Below are positions 41,841 to 55,194 of a stretch of 64,000 bases of DNA, one piece after another; positions within the stretch are counted from its first letter, which is position 1; the number at the start of each line of letters is the position of its first letter. Source of the DNA: Octopus vulgaris (Eukaryota); contig OX597814.1 in the NCBI GenBank assembly GCA_951406725.2, forward strand, positions 49,724,001 through 49,788,000, written 5' to 3'. The position numbers were made by a program, and so were the translations under genes. Under the pieces are notes generated by a model, which worked only from the letters and a program-made list of their open reading frames with translations, made no database searches and was not told the origin of the DNA.

Positions 41841-42378
41841 GCCCTGATGCAGTTCCAGGCAGTGGCTCCCATGGTTTTTGATCTTAACTGATTGAAAGTG
41901 TTATCATGTACATTGTTTTGCCTTGGAATAAAAGATGGGCTACAGCAAATATTCTGCTCAATACCAAAGATTTGATTGTCAGTTATATGACCTTAAACCA
42001 GTTGAGTATGTTCCTTAGTGACTGACAATACGTGCATCTCTGATCATAAGCAGCAGTAGTGGGGGAGCATCATAGCCATGTGTTGAGAGAATTATTTGGG
42101 ATTTGGAAACATGGGTGTTTTGTTTAACATCCTTAAACAAACCTTATTCAGGGACCATTTAAGCGAGATGGGCACTCAACCTGAAGAAAATTCTACTTGG
42201 GCCCCACCTGCAAGGTCATGCGCTGTTTATCTTGATATGAGATCACCATGTCGCGCACATATAGTTGTGATGCATGTGCCTGGTGTACCCTTATCAGATG
42301 GATAGTCATGATGGGTACACTGGGCTTCGTATATTTTACCCCAGTGTCACTTTGATGGCATGCACTGTTCTCACAGTC
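41841..42378 (+). mobile_element. ~540-bp non-coding repeat flanked on both sides by TAA tracts (non-autonomous TAA-targeting element or LINE UTR), copy 2
   Basis: Begins GCCCTGATGCAG and ends GCATGCACTG..CTCAC.TC. Colinear with 15268-15821. Confidence 0.75.
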
Positions 42379-42435
<57 letters not shown>

Positions 42436-45400
42436 CAGAACCAGAATACTTCTAACTCTGGACTTGTAGTGACACCACCAAAAACACCACCTAAAGCAAA
42501 ACGTATAAAATGGACCAGAGAGGACTATAGAGATGTGTTGAAAGCTTTTTATACAGCCCAACTAAACCCAAATAGTAACCTCAGTGTACAAACATACATC
42601 TCATGGAGAAATTCAGTAGGCAATGACGTACGTAGATATATAGACGCAAATAAATTAAGTAATGTACGCAGAGATATAATTAAAAACAAAAGACTAACTG
42701 ACGCTGAAATTGACAAAATTAGGACACTGATAGCTCATGGTAGACCAAAAGAAAACAGCAACAATGTAGACGAAATAGGTAACAGTAGCACAGAAGCCAG
42801 TGTACAAGTGGCAAATCAACTTCCCAATGGGGAAGTTAAACAAAGAATAGCGAAGACGAGAGATTTGAAAAAAGAGGAGAACGTAGACCTTCCTCAAGAA
42901 AACCAAAATAGATATGACATAGAATTTGAGGTGAATAATAGAGAAAAGATTATGGAAGCAAAAGTGGACATTATGAGAGAACTCGGCAAGATTGAGCTCA
43001 CTGACATGGTTAATAGAGAACCACTACCAAAGTTTTCAAATGGCACAAGAAATAACAACACAATCATGACATATAACGTTGCCCTAGGACAGATCTTAAG
43101 AAATAAGGGGAATGATTTGACAACCTTAAATAATCTCATTTATTCCACTGCTAAAGTAGTAACTACCCAACTAGGTATTAAGATGACAAAGAAAAAGGCC
43201 AGGCATGTCAATGAACCTCCTAAGTGGAAAGTAGCGATACAAAAAGAGATTGAATCTCTGCGGGCGGATGTTTCAGTTCTCGATGAGCTTGCTAGAGGAG
43301 TGAATATTAAGCCTAGAAAAGCTAGAAAAATCAAGCAAAAATATAAAATCAAAGATCTCATAAACCCCCCTGCAACTAAGGAACTGTTGAAACAACGGAT
43401 ACAGTTGAAAGCTCAACGGCTTAGAAGGTATGACAAAAGAAACAAATTTTATCGACAAAATAAATTTTTTAAGACAGATGCAAAGAAATTTTATAGGGAA
43501 ATTGGCAAAAATAAAATACACATAGAAGATCCACCTAAGATTGAGGAAGTGGAGGAGTTCTGGAAGAAGGTATGGAGCAACGAAAAAGAGTTTAATGCTG
43601 AGGCTGACTGGATAGAACGTGAGAAAGAGAGACTGGATGAACTTGAAGAACAGAAATGGGAAGCAATAGGAATAGAGGAGCTAAGGTGTGTCCTTAGGAA
43701 GGCTCATAAATGGAAAACCCCAGGACTGGATCGGACCCCTAACTTCTGGCTGAATTGTTTGACAGAGGTACACGAACATCTCGCTGCATCTCTGTCTGAT
43801 GTCATTCAGAACCCAGAGCAAATACCTGCTTGGCTGACTGAAGGAACCACCTACCTATTACCTAAAACCGAAGACACAAAAAACCCAAAGAATTACCGGC
43901 CAATAACATGTCTCAACACCACCTACAAAATCCTCACATCCATAATAACGGAGAGAATGTACGCTTTCCTTGAACAAAATTCTATCCTTCCACAAGCTCA
44001 AAAAGGTTGTAAAAGAAACTCTTATGGGTGCAAAGACCAATTGCTCATAAACAAAATGATTGTAGAGAATTGCCGGAGCAAAAACAAAAACCTGAGTATG
44101 GCATGGATAGACTACAGGAAAACGTATGACAGTGTCCCACATAAATGGATACTCAAGGCCCTTGAGATATACAAGATCTCTCCTGTCGTCTCAAAATTCT
44201 TAGAGAATAGCATGACCATGTGGAACACACGTCTCTTTCTAAGCCATAGTAATGGGATGAGCCAGTCCAACAGCATCAACATCAAACGAGGCATCTTTCA
44301 AGGTGACTCCCTCTCTCCATTACTTTTTTGCATGGCACTGATCCCACTCTCAAACGAATTGGATAGTACTAGATATGGGTACAAAGTTTTTAGTAAATTA
44401 ATAAACCATCTTTTCTATATGGACGACCTAAAGCTGTTTGCCAGGAATGACCAAGAGCTAGAAGGGCTGCTAACAACTGTTAAAGAATTTAGCAATGATA
44501 TCGGAATGGATTTTGGCCTTGATAAGTGTGCTAAAGCAACTTTTGTAAGAGGCAAGCTCAGGCAAACAGCTTCTGTTAAATTAGATATTGACACTACCAT
44601 CAAGGAACTTGACCCACAGGAAAGTTACAAATACCTAGGAATCAACGAAGGAGATGGTATACATCATGCTACTATGAAGGAAAAAATAAGAAAGGAATAC
44701 TATAGGAGAATAAGGCTTGTACTGAAGACTGAACTCAACTCCAAAAATTGCATTGAGGCCATTAACACCCTGGCACTTCCAGTAGTCCAGTACAGTTTTA
44801 ATATCATTAACTGGAACCTTACGGAACTCCAACGCTTAGACAGGAAGACAAGAAAGTTACTGACATCCAAGAGCATGCACCACCCTAAGGCAGATGTAGA
44901 CCGCTTGTACCTACCTAGAAGCAGCGGGGGGAGAGGAATGATGCAATTAGAGCTGTGCTATAAGACCTCTACTGTAGGAATGAACAGGTACCTATCTAGT
45001 ACAAAGGACTGGATGCTGCGACTTGTGCGCGAACACGAAAGTAACAAAAAGCTGCATTCTATTGTCAAGGAAGCTTATAAGTTCGAAAGGGAACTAGACA
45101 TTAACCTTGAATCAGATGAAGAGCCGGAAACCACTGCTACCAAGCAAGCAAAGCGAATCAAGCAGACTGCAAAAAAGAACGGGCAGAATCAAATTGAGAG
45201 GCGGTGGAGCCAGAAGCCCCTGCATGGACAATATATTCTCCGAAGCCAAAATGCTGATGTAGACCAAGCAACAACCCATCAGTGGCTGAAGAGCTCTGGA
45301 TTGAAAGCAGAGACTGAAGGTTTCATAATGGCAGCACAAGATCAAAGCTTGTTTACCAGAAATTACCAGGCTAACGTTCTCCGAAACGGTACTGACCCTA

Positions 45401-45969
45401 AATGCAGATTCTGCGACACATTTGACGAAACGATAGACTATCTCGTTTCGGGATGTCCTGTGCTGACACCAAACGAATACAAAAATCGCCACGATAGGGT
45501 AGGACAGTATATACATTGGAAGATATGTAAACACTACAAATCCGACACTCCTGCTAACTGGTATGAACACCATCCTCAGCCAGTTGTTGAAGGTAAAGAT
45601 GTCACCATCCTCTGGGATTTTCCAGTCAACACTGACAGAACGATCAAGGCTAATCGACCAGACATAATTGTTAAAGACAGGGAAGAAAATACCTGCAGAC
45701 TAATAGAAGTAAGCGTCCCCACTGATAAAAATGTATCTTTCAAGGAATTTGACAAACTTAGTAAATATAAGGACCTGGAAATCGAAATACAGAGGATGTG
45801 GAATCTTAAAACAAAAACTGTTCCTGTTATTGTAGGTGCCCTAGGTATGATAAAAAAGGGATGTCAGAAACACCTAGACAATATCCCTGGAAAACCATGT
45901 CTCAAGGAAATCCAAAAGATTGTGCTAACAAGTACTGCCCACATCCTTAGAAAAACCCTATCAATGTAA
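42274..45969 (+). CDS. Single ORF of an R4/Dong-clade non-LTR retrotransposon: N-terminal basic region, reverse transcriptase, CCHC-type zinc knuckle, PD-(D/E)xK restriction-like endonuclease
   Basis: Uninterrupted 1231-aa ORF. RT motifs: KNYRPITCL, WIDYRKTYDSVPH, GIFQGDSLSPLLF, HLFYMDDLKLF (YMDD at 44416-44427), YKYLG. C-terminus: CRFC-x8-(Y)-x4-C, RHD, RPDII..LIEVSVP..K..KYKDL, PVIVGALG. No APE domain. The first ~54 codons come from an upstream repeat plus the TAA tract, so the true start is uncertain. Confidence 0.93.
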
Positions 45970-46118
45970 ATGTCTGTGTTTGCATTACATGGAGATATAT
46001 CTCTACTTCCCCTCCCCAAGCTTTCAGCTATATTTCAACAACTCTTAACCTTCACTTGCCCTAGGGCGCTGGGTGTGCCCCGGCAGGTGATTGCATCAAA
46101 CATGCAGATTAAAAGTAA
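42435..46118 (+). mobile_element. Near full-length R4/Dong-like RLE LINE inserted in a (TAA)n microsatellite
   Basis: Body starts directly after (AAT)n at 42379-42434. A ~150-nt structured 3' UTR is followed by (TAA/TGA)n at 46118-46196. Dong elements are known to target TAA repeats. Confidence 0.85.
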
Positions 46119-46148
46119 ATGACAATGATGATAATAATAATAATAACA

Positions 46149-46196
<48 letters not shown>

Positions 46197-46219
46197 GGGA
46201 AAATGCAGATGATAAACAA

Positions 46220-48105
46220 ACAAAAAATCCGTCGAAGATGAACAAGAAAAAGAAAAACGGAGGAGAAAAATAATAGAGTAAATGGGAGAGATACGGAGAA
46301 AAAAAAAGGCAGAAAATGCCGAGGATGACCAGCGAAAGAAAGCAGAGAAAAAAGAACAATAGCTGTGATAGCAATGAAAACAGCAATATTAGTAAATTTA
46401 TTTACATGAAAAAATAATAACAGCAAGGAAAAGAATAAATTGTTTATATTTTCTCTCAACAGCTTTTTAGGAAGAATGTACTTTAAAAATAAATTCTACA
46501 GTCTTAAAGCGATATTAATGGTAACATTGGGGAAATATCCATATGTCAGCATGCTTATTCAGCGTTAAATGATAGGATCATTTTCAGTTTATAATGAGAA
46601 AAATTAGAAATTCTGTTTAGATAAATGGGTGTTTAATCACTCGATAATGAATCTATGAAAGCAAACATCAAAGAAAACTTTAAGAGTGGTAATGACACAG
46701 AAGCATATTTCGAACTAAAAATTATGTGAAATATCCATTTTATGGAGAAGAAATGCACGAGCAAATTCTATCTCTTGCTTTAAAAATTTGCTTGAAAATT
46801 GAAAATTTGAAATTAAAAGTTAATTAAATTGATGTTCTTGGGAAATATATGAATCTTTACTTTAGAAATTATATATAAATTCTTGTGATCCTCAATAATG
46901 ATCAACAAATTATCGAAAACTTTGATGTTCCAATCAGCATTTCTATCGATTTAAAATGAGTGTAACAATTAGTGAGGAAGAAAAAGGTTTCACACCACAC
47001 ATAACCCCTCTTCACTTCATAAATATCCGAAATATTACATAAAAGCCAGCGTAGAAAGTATTTCAAATTAGCTCTTTTGTCTCCCCAGACGCACAGTCAT
47101 AAAATTTACAAGCTGTAAACAGCTGAAATTTTTAGTGTTGGAACAATTCGATGTGCTAATTGTGATTTGTTTTGATTTTTTTTATTGTTTAATTTTGTAT
47201 TTAAAAAAAAATTCAAACTGAATTTGATGTCTTTAGTTTGCCATAAAATTTGACTTAAATGTCAATTCCGACACTATTTTATCACTTCATATAATCTCCC
47301 AACAAATTAAGTTCTTCTAGAAACAAAATGCTATAAAAGTCGTTGATTGGTTTATAGAATTAGATACATATCTTTAATATTAATTTCATACATTCCTTTT
47401 TTCTTTGTAAATGTCAAATCTGCATGGTGAAGACACTTTGTATGATATTCTTCCCTACTGTCAACAATGTATGCATGGAATTCTCTCCCTCTTCAACCTT
47501 ATTGTCAGCCTTGCATAGTTTAGTTGCGAATGTATAACATTTTTCTTTACTGCAAATAAAAAAAAAAAACTCTTCTAAATGTTTTGTTTTTGCTTAGCTC
47601 CACGTCAGCACTGAGAGTGAGAAAACCCATAACCAAATGAACTCAAGCCATGGCCAACAAATCTTACCCTCACACGCAGAGAGCCTCTGCATTATCCAAT
47701 GTGTCTATTTTTAAGGTGGAAAGGATGTTTGCTTTTTTTTAGCAGGTCGGACGATCACCGTTGGTTGACTCCCAATTATTGAAGTTTGGAAAACATTTTT
47801 TGCAGTCTATTGATGGATTCTTTCCCATATATTTGACTAGGAAAGTGATATATCTTTACATGGTTTTAAATAGTTATAAAGGTAAATGACTCGTCGTACC
47901 TAGTAGAAGCTGATTAAAACAATCGATGATGAACAAGAACAAGAAAAAGAAAAACTGAGAGAGACAATAATGGAGTAAAGGGAAGGATACGGAAAAAAAG
48001 CAGAAAAAGACCGAAGATGACCAGGAAAAGAAAGAGAAATATAAGAATAATAGCTGCGATAGCAAGAATATATTTAGATGAAAAAAACAACAGCAACAAA
48101 AAGAA
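46220..48105 (+). repeat. Diverged ~200-bp direct repeats at 46220-46440 and 47915-48105
   Basis: Both contain GATGAACAAGAA..GAAAAAC.GAG.GA.AATAAT.GAGTAAA.GG.A.GATACGG..GCAGAAAA..CCGA.GATGACCAG..AATAGCTG.GATAGCAA. Confidence 0.75.
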
Positions 48106-48129
48106 CTTTTTTCTCCGTATCCTTCCCTT

Positions 48130-48495
48130 TGTGAGTTATGTTCAAAATTTGATACAGTCTTGTATAGAATGGTTTTAGAGTGGCTAGGTTACTGTGTGGG
48201 AAAAGTTCTGAGCCCTTGTATAGTTTTCATGCCTTGGTTAAAGACATCTTTCCGTGTTTACTCTCACACCTTACATCTTATTTACATTTCGAGGTTCTTA
48301 TAATTTCATAGACTTCTTTTACTTACTTCCAATCGAGCTTTTGGTAAGAATGGGTCAAGATGTCTCTCGGAGTGCATGCATTTCATTTTTTACTTAACAT
48401 TTCGAGTTTTTATTATAATTTTTACAAAGAATGGAAATGTTATTATCACCTGTGTTCATACAGACATTCCATAAATTGTTCACTACACACACATG

Positions 48496-48528
<33 letters not shown>

Positions 48529-49020
48529 GTGGACGCTCCCACACGATGAAGTAGGCTAGCCCAATACGTAGATATAGAGTAGTAGAGCGGAGTCGAGTAG
48601 CAATCAGAGTAGAGTAGCGGGCATCCGAACGTGCGAAATAACATATATATATATATATATGTAGTGAACAATTTATGGAATGTCTGTATGAACATATGTG
48701 TTAATAACATTCCCATTCTTTGTAAAAATTATAATAAAAAATCGAAATGTTAAATAAAAAATGAAATGCATGCACTCCGAGAGACATCTTGACCCATTCT
48801 TACCAAAAGCTCGATTGGAAGTAAGTAAAAGAAATCTATGAAATTATAAGAACCTCGAAATGTAAATAAGATGTAAGGTGTGAGAGTAAAAACGAAAAGA
48901 CGTCTTTAACCAAGGCATGAAAACTATACAAGGGCTCAGAACATTTCCCACACAGTAACCTAACCACTCTAAAACAATTCTATACAAGACTGTATCAAAT
49001 TTTGAACATATCCCACAAAG
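48130..49020. repeat. Long inverted repeat with ~355-bp arms (48130-48486 and 48660-49020)
   Basis: Arms are reverse complements at high identity by eye. The spacer is (TA)n, ~115 bp of unique sequence, then (TA)n. Confidence 0.9.
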
Positions 49021-49757
49021 AAGCAACCAAGCAAATTAATCATGAAAAGGTATAATCCACGATAGAGCTTAGACATCAACTAAAAACAAAGAAACTGAAA
49101 GTATCCAGAAAATGACAAAGATACAAACTTTTAGCGCAAAAGCATTCCAAGAGTTATATAAAAATGTCAGATACTTAGAGGAAGAAAAAAGACACTTTAA
49201 TCCCCACAAACCGAGGAAACATAAAGCTAATAAAATTATAAATCCATGACGGACCCATCTAAACAATATCGCTGCAAATATAAATGCGGAAGAGGGGAAA
49301 AGAATATACTAAAGAACACAAAGGATACCTCAAAGATTTATATGATTGTAAAGATAAATTGCTAATCACCAAGGCCTTAAATGAACTTTGTAAGAGCAAG
49401 AAGGGCATTGATCAATTAATGAATAATTATTATAAAGATGAATTTATTTATGATTAATTACTAAAAGGTTGTTCAGAGTGTTCTTCTGTCGTAAAATCTG
49501 GAAATCAGGAGTAAGTTACCATCAATAGCAAGCAGGTACATCAAACCTACCATGCACGAATGGAAGTTAATTGCAAAACACTGAAGTAGAATGGAATTGC
49601 AAAATTCAAACTGATACTTATCAGGAGAGAAATATTATAAGGAGAATACTTCTTTCCAGGTCTTTTCTACTTCTGACCATTCTAAAGTAGACTGGATACA
49701 AAAACAAATTCTATGAGATGGAAATCAATCCCCTACATGAATGAGTTTTATGCTTTA

Positions 49758-50267
49758 CTAGCAGTATCGCCTGGCATTGCTCGGGTTTGTAAGGGAAATA
49801 ACTATATAAGCATTTTTAGAGAGTTACTTCCCTTATAGATGCCAATTCGGGCTTTCTTAGCCATTTCTGTTTTGGTGTCTTCAAGCCATGAAGTCGTTGT
49901 TCTAAAAGAACGCTGGTCTCCTTGACAACGCATTACGACGTTGATTTCTTTACACTCCCTTCCCCACAGCTTCACGAGTGAGGGAAGGGGAGAAGCAAAC
50001 AGGTGCAGCTGTGAGCGTGGACGCCAACTCCGCCGCCATTGACACACGAAAGATTATGCATTAAAATGGAATAAAAAATGATGTTAAATTATTTTTAAAA
50101 TCGTAGACTCATCGTTGACGCGCGCTAATAGCCAGACCGGGCTCGATATAAATCACGACTATAAGATACCCGAATTTGGTTAAACTGCACCGCAAAATGT
50201 GGGAGGAGTTAGGAATCTAAATCGAAGGGGACAGACACTCACACAACTAGAGTTTTATATATAGAGA
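49758..50267 (-). mobile_element. Non-autonomous Helitron, copy 2
   Basis: On the minus strand: A|TCTCTATATATAAAA ... CCCGAGCAATGCCAGGCGATACTG-CTAG|T, giving canonical TC...CTAG termini in an AT target. Confidence 0.85.
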
Positions 50268-50939
50268 TAATGCAGGTGGCAAATAACTGGAAGCTTCATT
50301 ACAAATATGATCCACGGACAGAGTAAGGACATTTGTTTAGAAACATGCACAAGGACTACACTGAAAAGTGGGAAAAATTAATTTAGATTAAAAGCAGAGA
50401 TAAAATAATTAAAAAAAACATACTTACAGATAATTAGAAATTAATGAACTGAATAGGATACAGCACATACAAATATGTAAATAAAATAAAATAGAAAAAA
50501 GTGATGAATGATATAGAAGCATTAAAGTTAAACACAACTAAATGTAAAAAATAAAGTTAAATGGTATCAAGACGATAACTTTTATTATGATGTTACAATT
50601 ATAATATTCATAACTAGAAGTGAACAATACTAGATTGGATACAAGAAAAATAAATGACTACATTTAGGAAATACAACCTCAAACCAGTAAGATTGCATTT
50701 ACTAAAAGAGCAGGGAATTAGGTGCCTTATGCAGCTCGAACATTGTTATAAATTATATACTGCAGTGCTATAAAAATATTCTGTAATGGATAAAAGAGAA
50801 ACAGCTACAACCCTGCAACAAACTGTTTTCTGTTTACTTGGAGATAAAAATTTCGAATCAAAGATTAAGGTTATAGATGTCTACGAAGAAGATAAAGAAA
50901 TAATCCTTTCGACTATAAGTACAAACCTGAAACAAAGCT

Positions 50940-51355
50940 GATTACATTGACCCCATTGCTCAACTGGTACTTATTTCATCGACCATGAAAGGGTGAAAGC
51001 GCAGTCAACTGCTAGTCCTGATGATACACAACTGGTACTTAATATATCGACCCCAAAAGGATGAAAGGCAAAGTCGACCGCGGCAGAATTTGAACTCAGA
51101 ACGTAAAGACAGACGAAATACCTATTTCTTTTCTACCCACAAGGGGCTAAATACAGAAGGGACAAACAAGGACAGACAAACAGATTAAGTCGATTATATC
51201 GACCCCAGTGCGTAACTGGTACTTATTTAATCTACTCCGAAAGGATGAAAGGCAAAGTCGACCTCGGCGGAATTTGAACTCAGAACGTAGCGGTAGACGA
51301 AATACCGCTAATAATTTTGCGCGGCGTGCTAACGTTTCTGCTAGCTCGCTGCCTT
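50940..51355 (-). mobile_element. Cluster of SINE family B copies (one full, two partial)
   Basis: Repeated GAAAGGATGAAAGGCAAAGTCGACC..CGG..AATTTGAACTCAGAACGTA. Confidence 0.8.
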
Positions 51356-53769
51356 TGGATAGAGAAATACTGACAGAAAATATTAAACAAAACCTAATAC
51401 CCCATCCAGCAAACATAAAAGAAAGGGAAAAAGAGAAAAAAAGGGGACAAAATATCATGTTAAAACGTTGTCAAAAACAGTACCTGATGATCGACAGAAC
51501 TAAGCAAAGCAGAAATGGATAAAAATAACCAACTTAGAAGAGAAGGCTTCAGAGCTGAAACCGAATAGTATTGAGTGTGCCACATGATCAACGAATTCCT
51601 ATCAGAAATTGCCAGAAACATATAATGAAGCTGAATGCAAAACATAATTGTAGAATATATGAAGGCAGTGAATTGATAAACATATATGACAAAGTTGGAA
51701 ATGTAATAAACTGGAAACTATGTTACTCATACAAAAAGAAGTAGTAAAGCACATCACAAATGTCTCAGATTATAACAAAGCAAACCATACAGTGGAACAT
51801 GCCGTCTCTCACAACAGGGAGTTTAAAGCAAATCGCTTAGATATTATTGTTAAAGACCACCGGGGAAATATCTCCTAACTGACGTATCAATTCCAATAGA
51901 CGATAATACATCCATTAAAGAAATTTAGAAACTACCTAAATATAAAGACCGGGAAATAGTTTTCCAGAATGTAGGGTTTAAAAACAAACAATCCTCATAA
52001 TAGGCGCCTTGGGAATAATAAAATGAGATGCTAACAAATTATATAAAGAAAATTCCATGACTTGCAAACATACATAACATACATAAAATAGAACTGATAG
52101 TACTACCACTAGGCATATATTACGTAAATACAATAGATGAATACAAAAACGAAACAAAATATTGCACGAATTCATAGCGCGCGGAACTGTACTGTTACAT
52201 TAAAAATAAGACTACCACAGCCGGACGAGTTTAACATTACTCCGACATGTAGATATAAAACGATCTTTTAAAAATACATATTTTACGTATTTTATTAGGC
52301 AAATTATTACTTTCTATAAATATTAGTAATGGTAACAGTATTTGGTAACCGTTTGTTTTCTCTGGATACACCAGTAAAGAGAAGAGCACAATGACAATAG
52401 GACGAAAAAGATGTCGACTAAATAAATGAAATGAAGGAAAATCTAATGTCACGTCAAAGCTTATATAAATGTACCTACTTAATACTGACGATAAATGCAT
52501 CAATATTTCAAAGAACTATATATAAAGTCAGCTTATATTGATGAGAAAAAAAACAAACAAATATTCGGTCACACAGACACAGTAACAGAGGTCATTGGTT
52601 GACGAAGTTAGACCTTCTTTAAATAATGAAAATGATGGATGTGATGTTAATAATATTAGTGTTAATGTAGTAGATGACATTACATTATTATACATCAAAA
52701 TGAATGCCTTGTGGTGTTATAGAAATTGGTCACATTCGGCCGAAACCAAGCAAAATCTTGTCCATACTTGTATTATCAAAAGTTACGAACTTTCATCGAA
52801 CAGATTAAACAAACTTCTAAACAGTCTTTAAGAAAATCCCTTGAATAAGATCGCAGATTCAAAGAGGATATCAGCATTGTATAAAGAGAAATCCAATACT
52901 GTAACATTCAAAAACTCATAATATAATATACCGTAATGTTCAAACACACTAATATAAAATAAACGATGAGTGAATTAAAGTACAGAAAAGGTACACTTAC
53001 ATCGGGAAACAAGTGAAATAATAAATAAAAAAAATAAAGAAAAATACATCCCATTTAATGAGTAAATATGACATATGCAATGAGAAAACATTTCAAAACC
53101 CACTAAAATTCAAGTAAGTGATGGATTCGACGAAATACACGAAGAACAAGCATCGAATTATAGCTGACAACTGAATACGATAATAGTAACGATTGTATTT
53201 CGTAGAGAGAAACGCAAGCAATGAAACCCAGTAAACATATAGCACTGTCTCATCAATGATGATGTAACAATCTAATCAAGGGAGTTAAATGAATGCTACA
53301 CAAAAATACAACAAAGGTAGTTTATAAAGAAATGGTAATCAAAAGCGTTAGAAGAGAATTTTGTTATGTAATATTGCCAAAGGATAAGTGAAGACAGTTG
53401 TAATGTCGATATGCAGACTTACGTCTAACAAACCCTTGCCTGAAAACACTGGCAGAAAGGCGAATAACTGCAGAAGACAAGTGCCTCATCAAAAAACAAA
53501 AACATGGATAAAACCCCACATGAACATAAAAGAAAAAGACTACCAGAACACAGATTTTCCCGGCTGAAGAACCATCTATCTTTCTTTGTTTTCACTCCCC
53601 ATCTCTCTCTAATACAAACACACACACACACAGACACACACACACACGCACGCACACACACGCACACACACACACACACAAACACACGCATACACACGCA
53701 AAAACATGCACACACGCATAAACACACGTATTTGTGTATGTTTTGTATGTGCGCGTATATAGGCATTCA

Positions 53770-53814
<45 letters not shown>

Positions 53815-53948
53815 GTGTGTTTAAATTTATATATAGATGTGCATGTATTATATAGATCAATTTATATATTCATAAAATAAGGATAAAAACCACGTTAATG
53901 ATAATTATCAGGTCACCATGGAAATACGCAATTTATATATTAAATTAA

Positions 53949-54094
<146 letters not shown>

Positions 54095-54207
54095 ACTATA
54101 ATTAATAATATCAGGGTAATAAAGATTTTAGCTTCTTAATGTGTTTTAATGTACACTGTATTTTGTATGTTTGTATGTATGTATGTATCTATATATGTGA
54201 GTATATA

Positions 54208-55081
54208 CGAGGTCTGATCAATAAGTATCCGGACTGCTGCCATAGTATCGAAACTAAAGCACGTAGAGTAAAGCTGCCTGGCACAGATTGGCCTTGACCT
54301 TTGCTAGGCATGTGAACTAAGTGTTAACGTTCTAGCTCACTTCCGCTATTTACAATAGTGGTTCGAAATAACGTGTGTAACATGTGATCGTTGCACTGAC
54401 TATGACAAAAAAGTTGTCATACCGATATTGCTCAAAGGCCTACGTAAAGTTTCAGAAAGTGTATGGAGAGGAGTGTATCAGCCGCACACAAGTGTACGAG
54501 TGGTTCAGACGTTTCCAAAATGGCCAAAAAATGTCGATAGTGACGAACGTTCTGGGAGACATGCAACCAGCAGAACTGAGAAAAACATTGCAGGTATGCG
54601 TGCAGCTGTGAAGGGAAATCGTCTAATCACCATCCGTGAGTTATCAGAGGATGTGCAGATTAATTACGGTTCAGTTCAGTCCATTATCACTGAAGCTTTT
54701 GGGTATGAGACGCGTGTTTGTGCCCAAACTGCTTTCAGCTGACCAAAAAGACACTCGGGTTTCAGTTGTACAAAATCTCCTTGATTGTGTCGAAAACGAT
54801 GTAAGGTTTTTGGAAATTTTTCATAGGCCTCTGAGCAGGTATCGCCAAGCTTTTAACAAAATTTGATGCAGATTCTTTGCTCAAGTTTCTCTGTAATGGT
54901 CAATGCGATGAACACACGCTACACGTTACTTCTAAGCACTGCTGTAAACAGCAGAAGTGAGCTAGAACGTTGACACTTTGTGCGCATGCACAGCAGAGTA
55001 CAAGGTCAATCTGTGCCAAGCGGCTTTACTCTGAGTATTGTTACTATGGCAACAATCCGGACACTTATTGATGTGACCACT
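54208..55081 (+). mobile_element. Non-autonomous mariner derivative with long (~250-bp) inverted termini
   Basis: TA-CGAGGTCTGATCAATAAGTATCCGGAC... and its inverse at the right end. Internal frameshifted N-terminal HTH (GEECISRTQVYEWFRRF, DSDERSGR, TIRELSE). Confidence 0.85.
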
Positions 55082-55083
55082 TA

Positions 55084-55194
<111 letters not shown>

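Larger units (their letters stand above)
49480..52140 (+). pseudogene. Heavily degraded R4/Dong-like LINE, interrupted by a Helitron (49758-50267) and SINEs (50940-51355)
   Basis: Remnant peptides GIRCLMQLEHCY (~50715), EGFRAETE (~51545), NREFKANRLDIIVKDH, DVSIPIDDNTSIKE and KYKD (51815-51950) match the intact ORF's GRGMMQLELCY, GLKAETE, ANRPDIIVKD, VSVPTDKN and KYKD. Confidence 0.75.

Noticed and set aside
41841-41940. Possible HDV-like ribozyme at the 5' end of the TAA-flanked element
   Set aside because: I could not build P1/P1.1/P2/P3 pairings by eye. CTGATG here is followed by C, so it is not a hammerhead core either.
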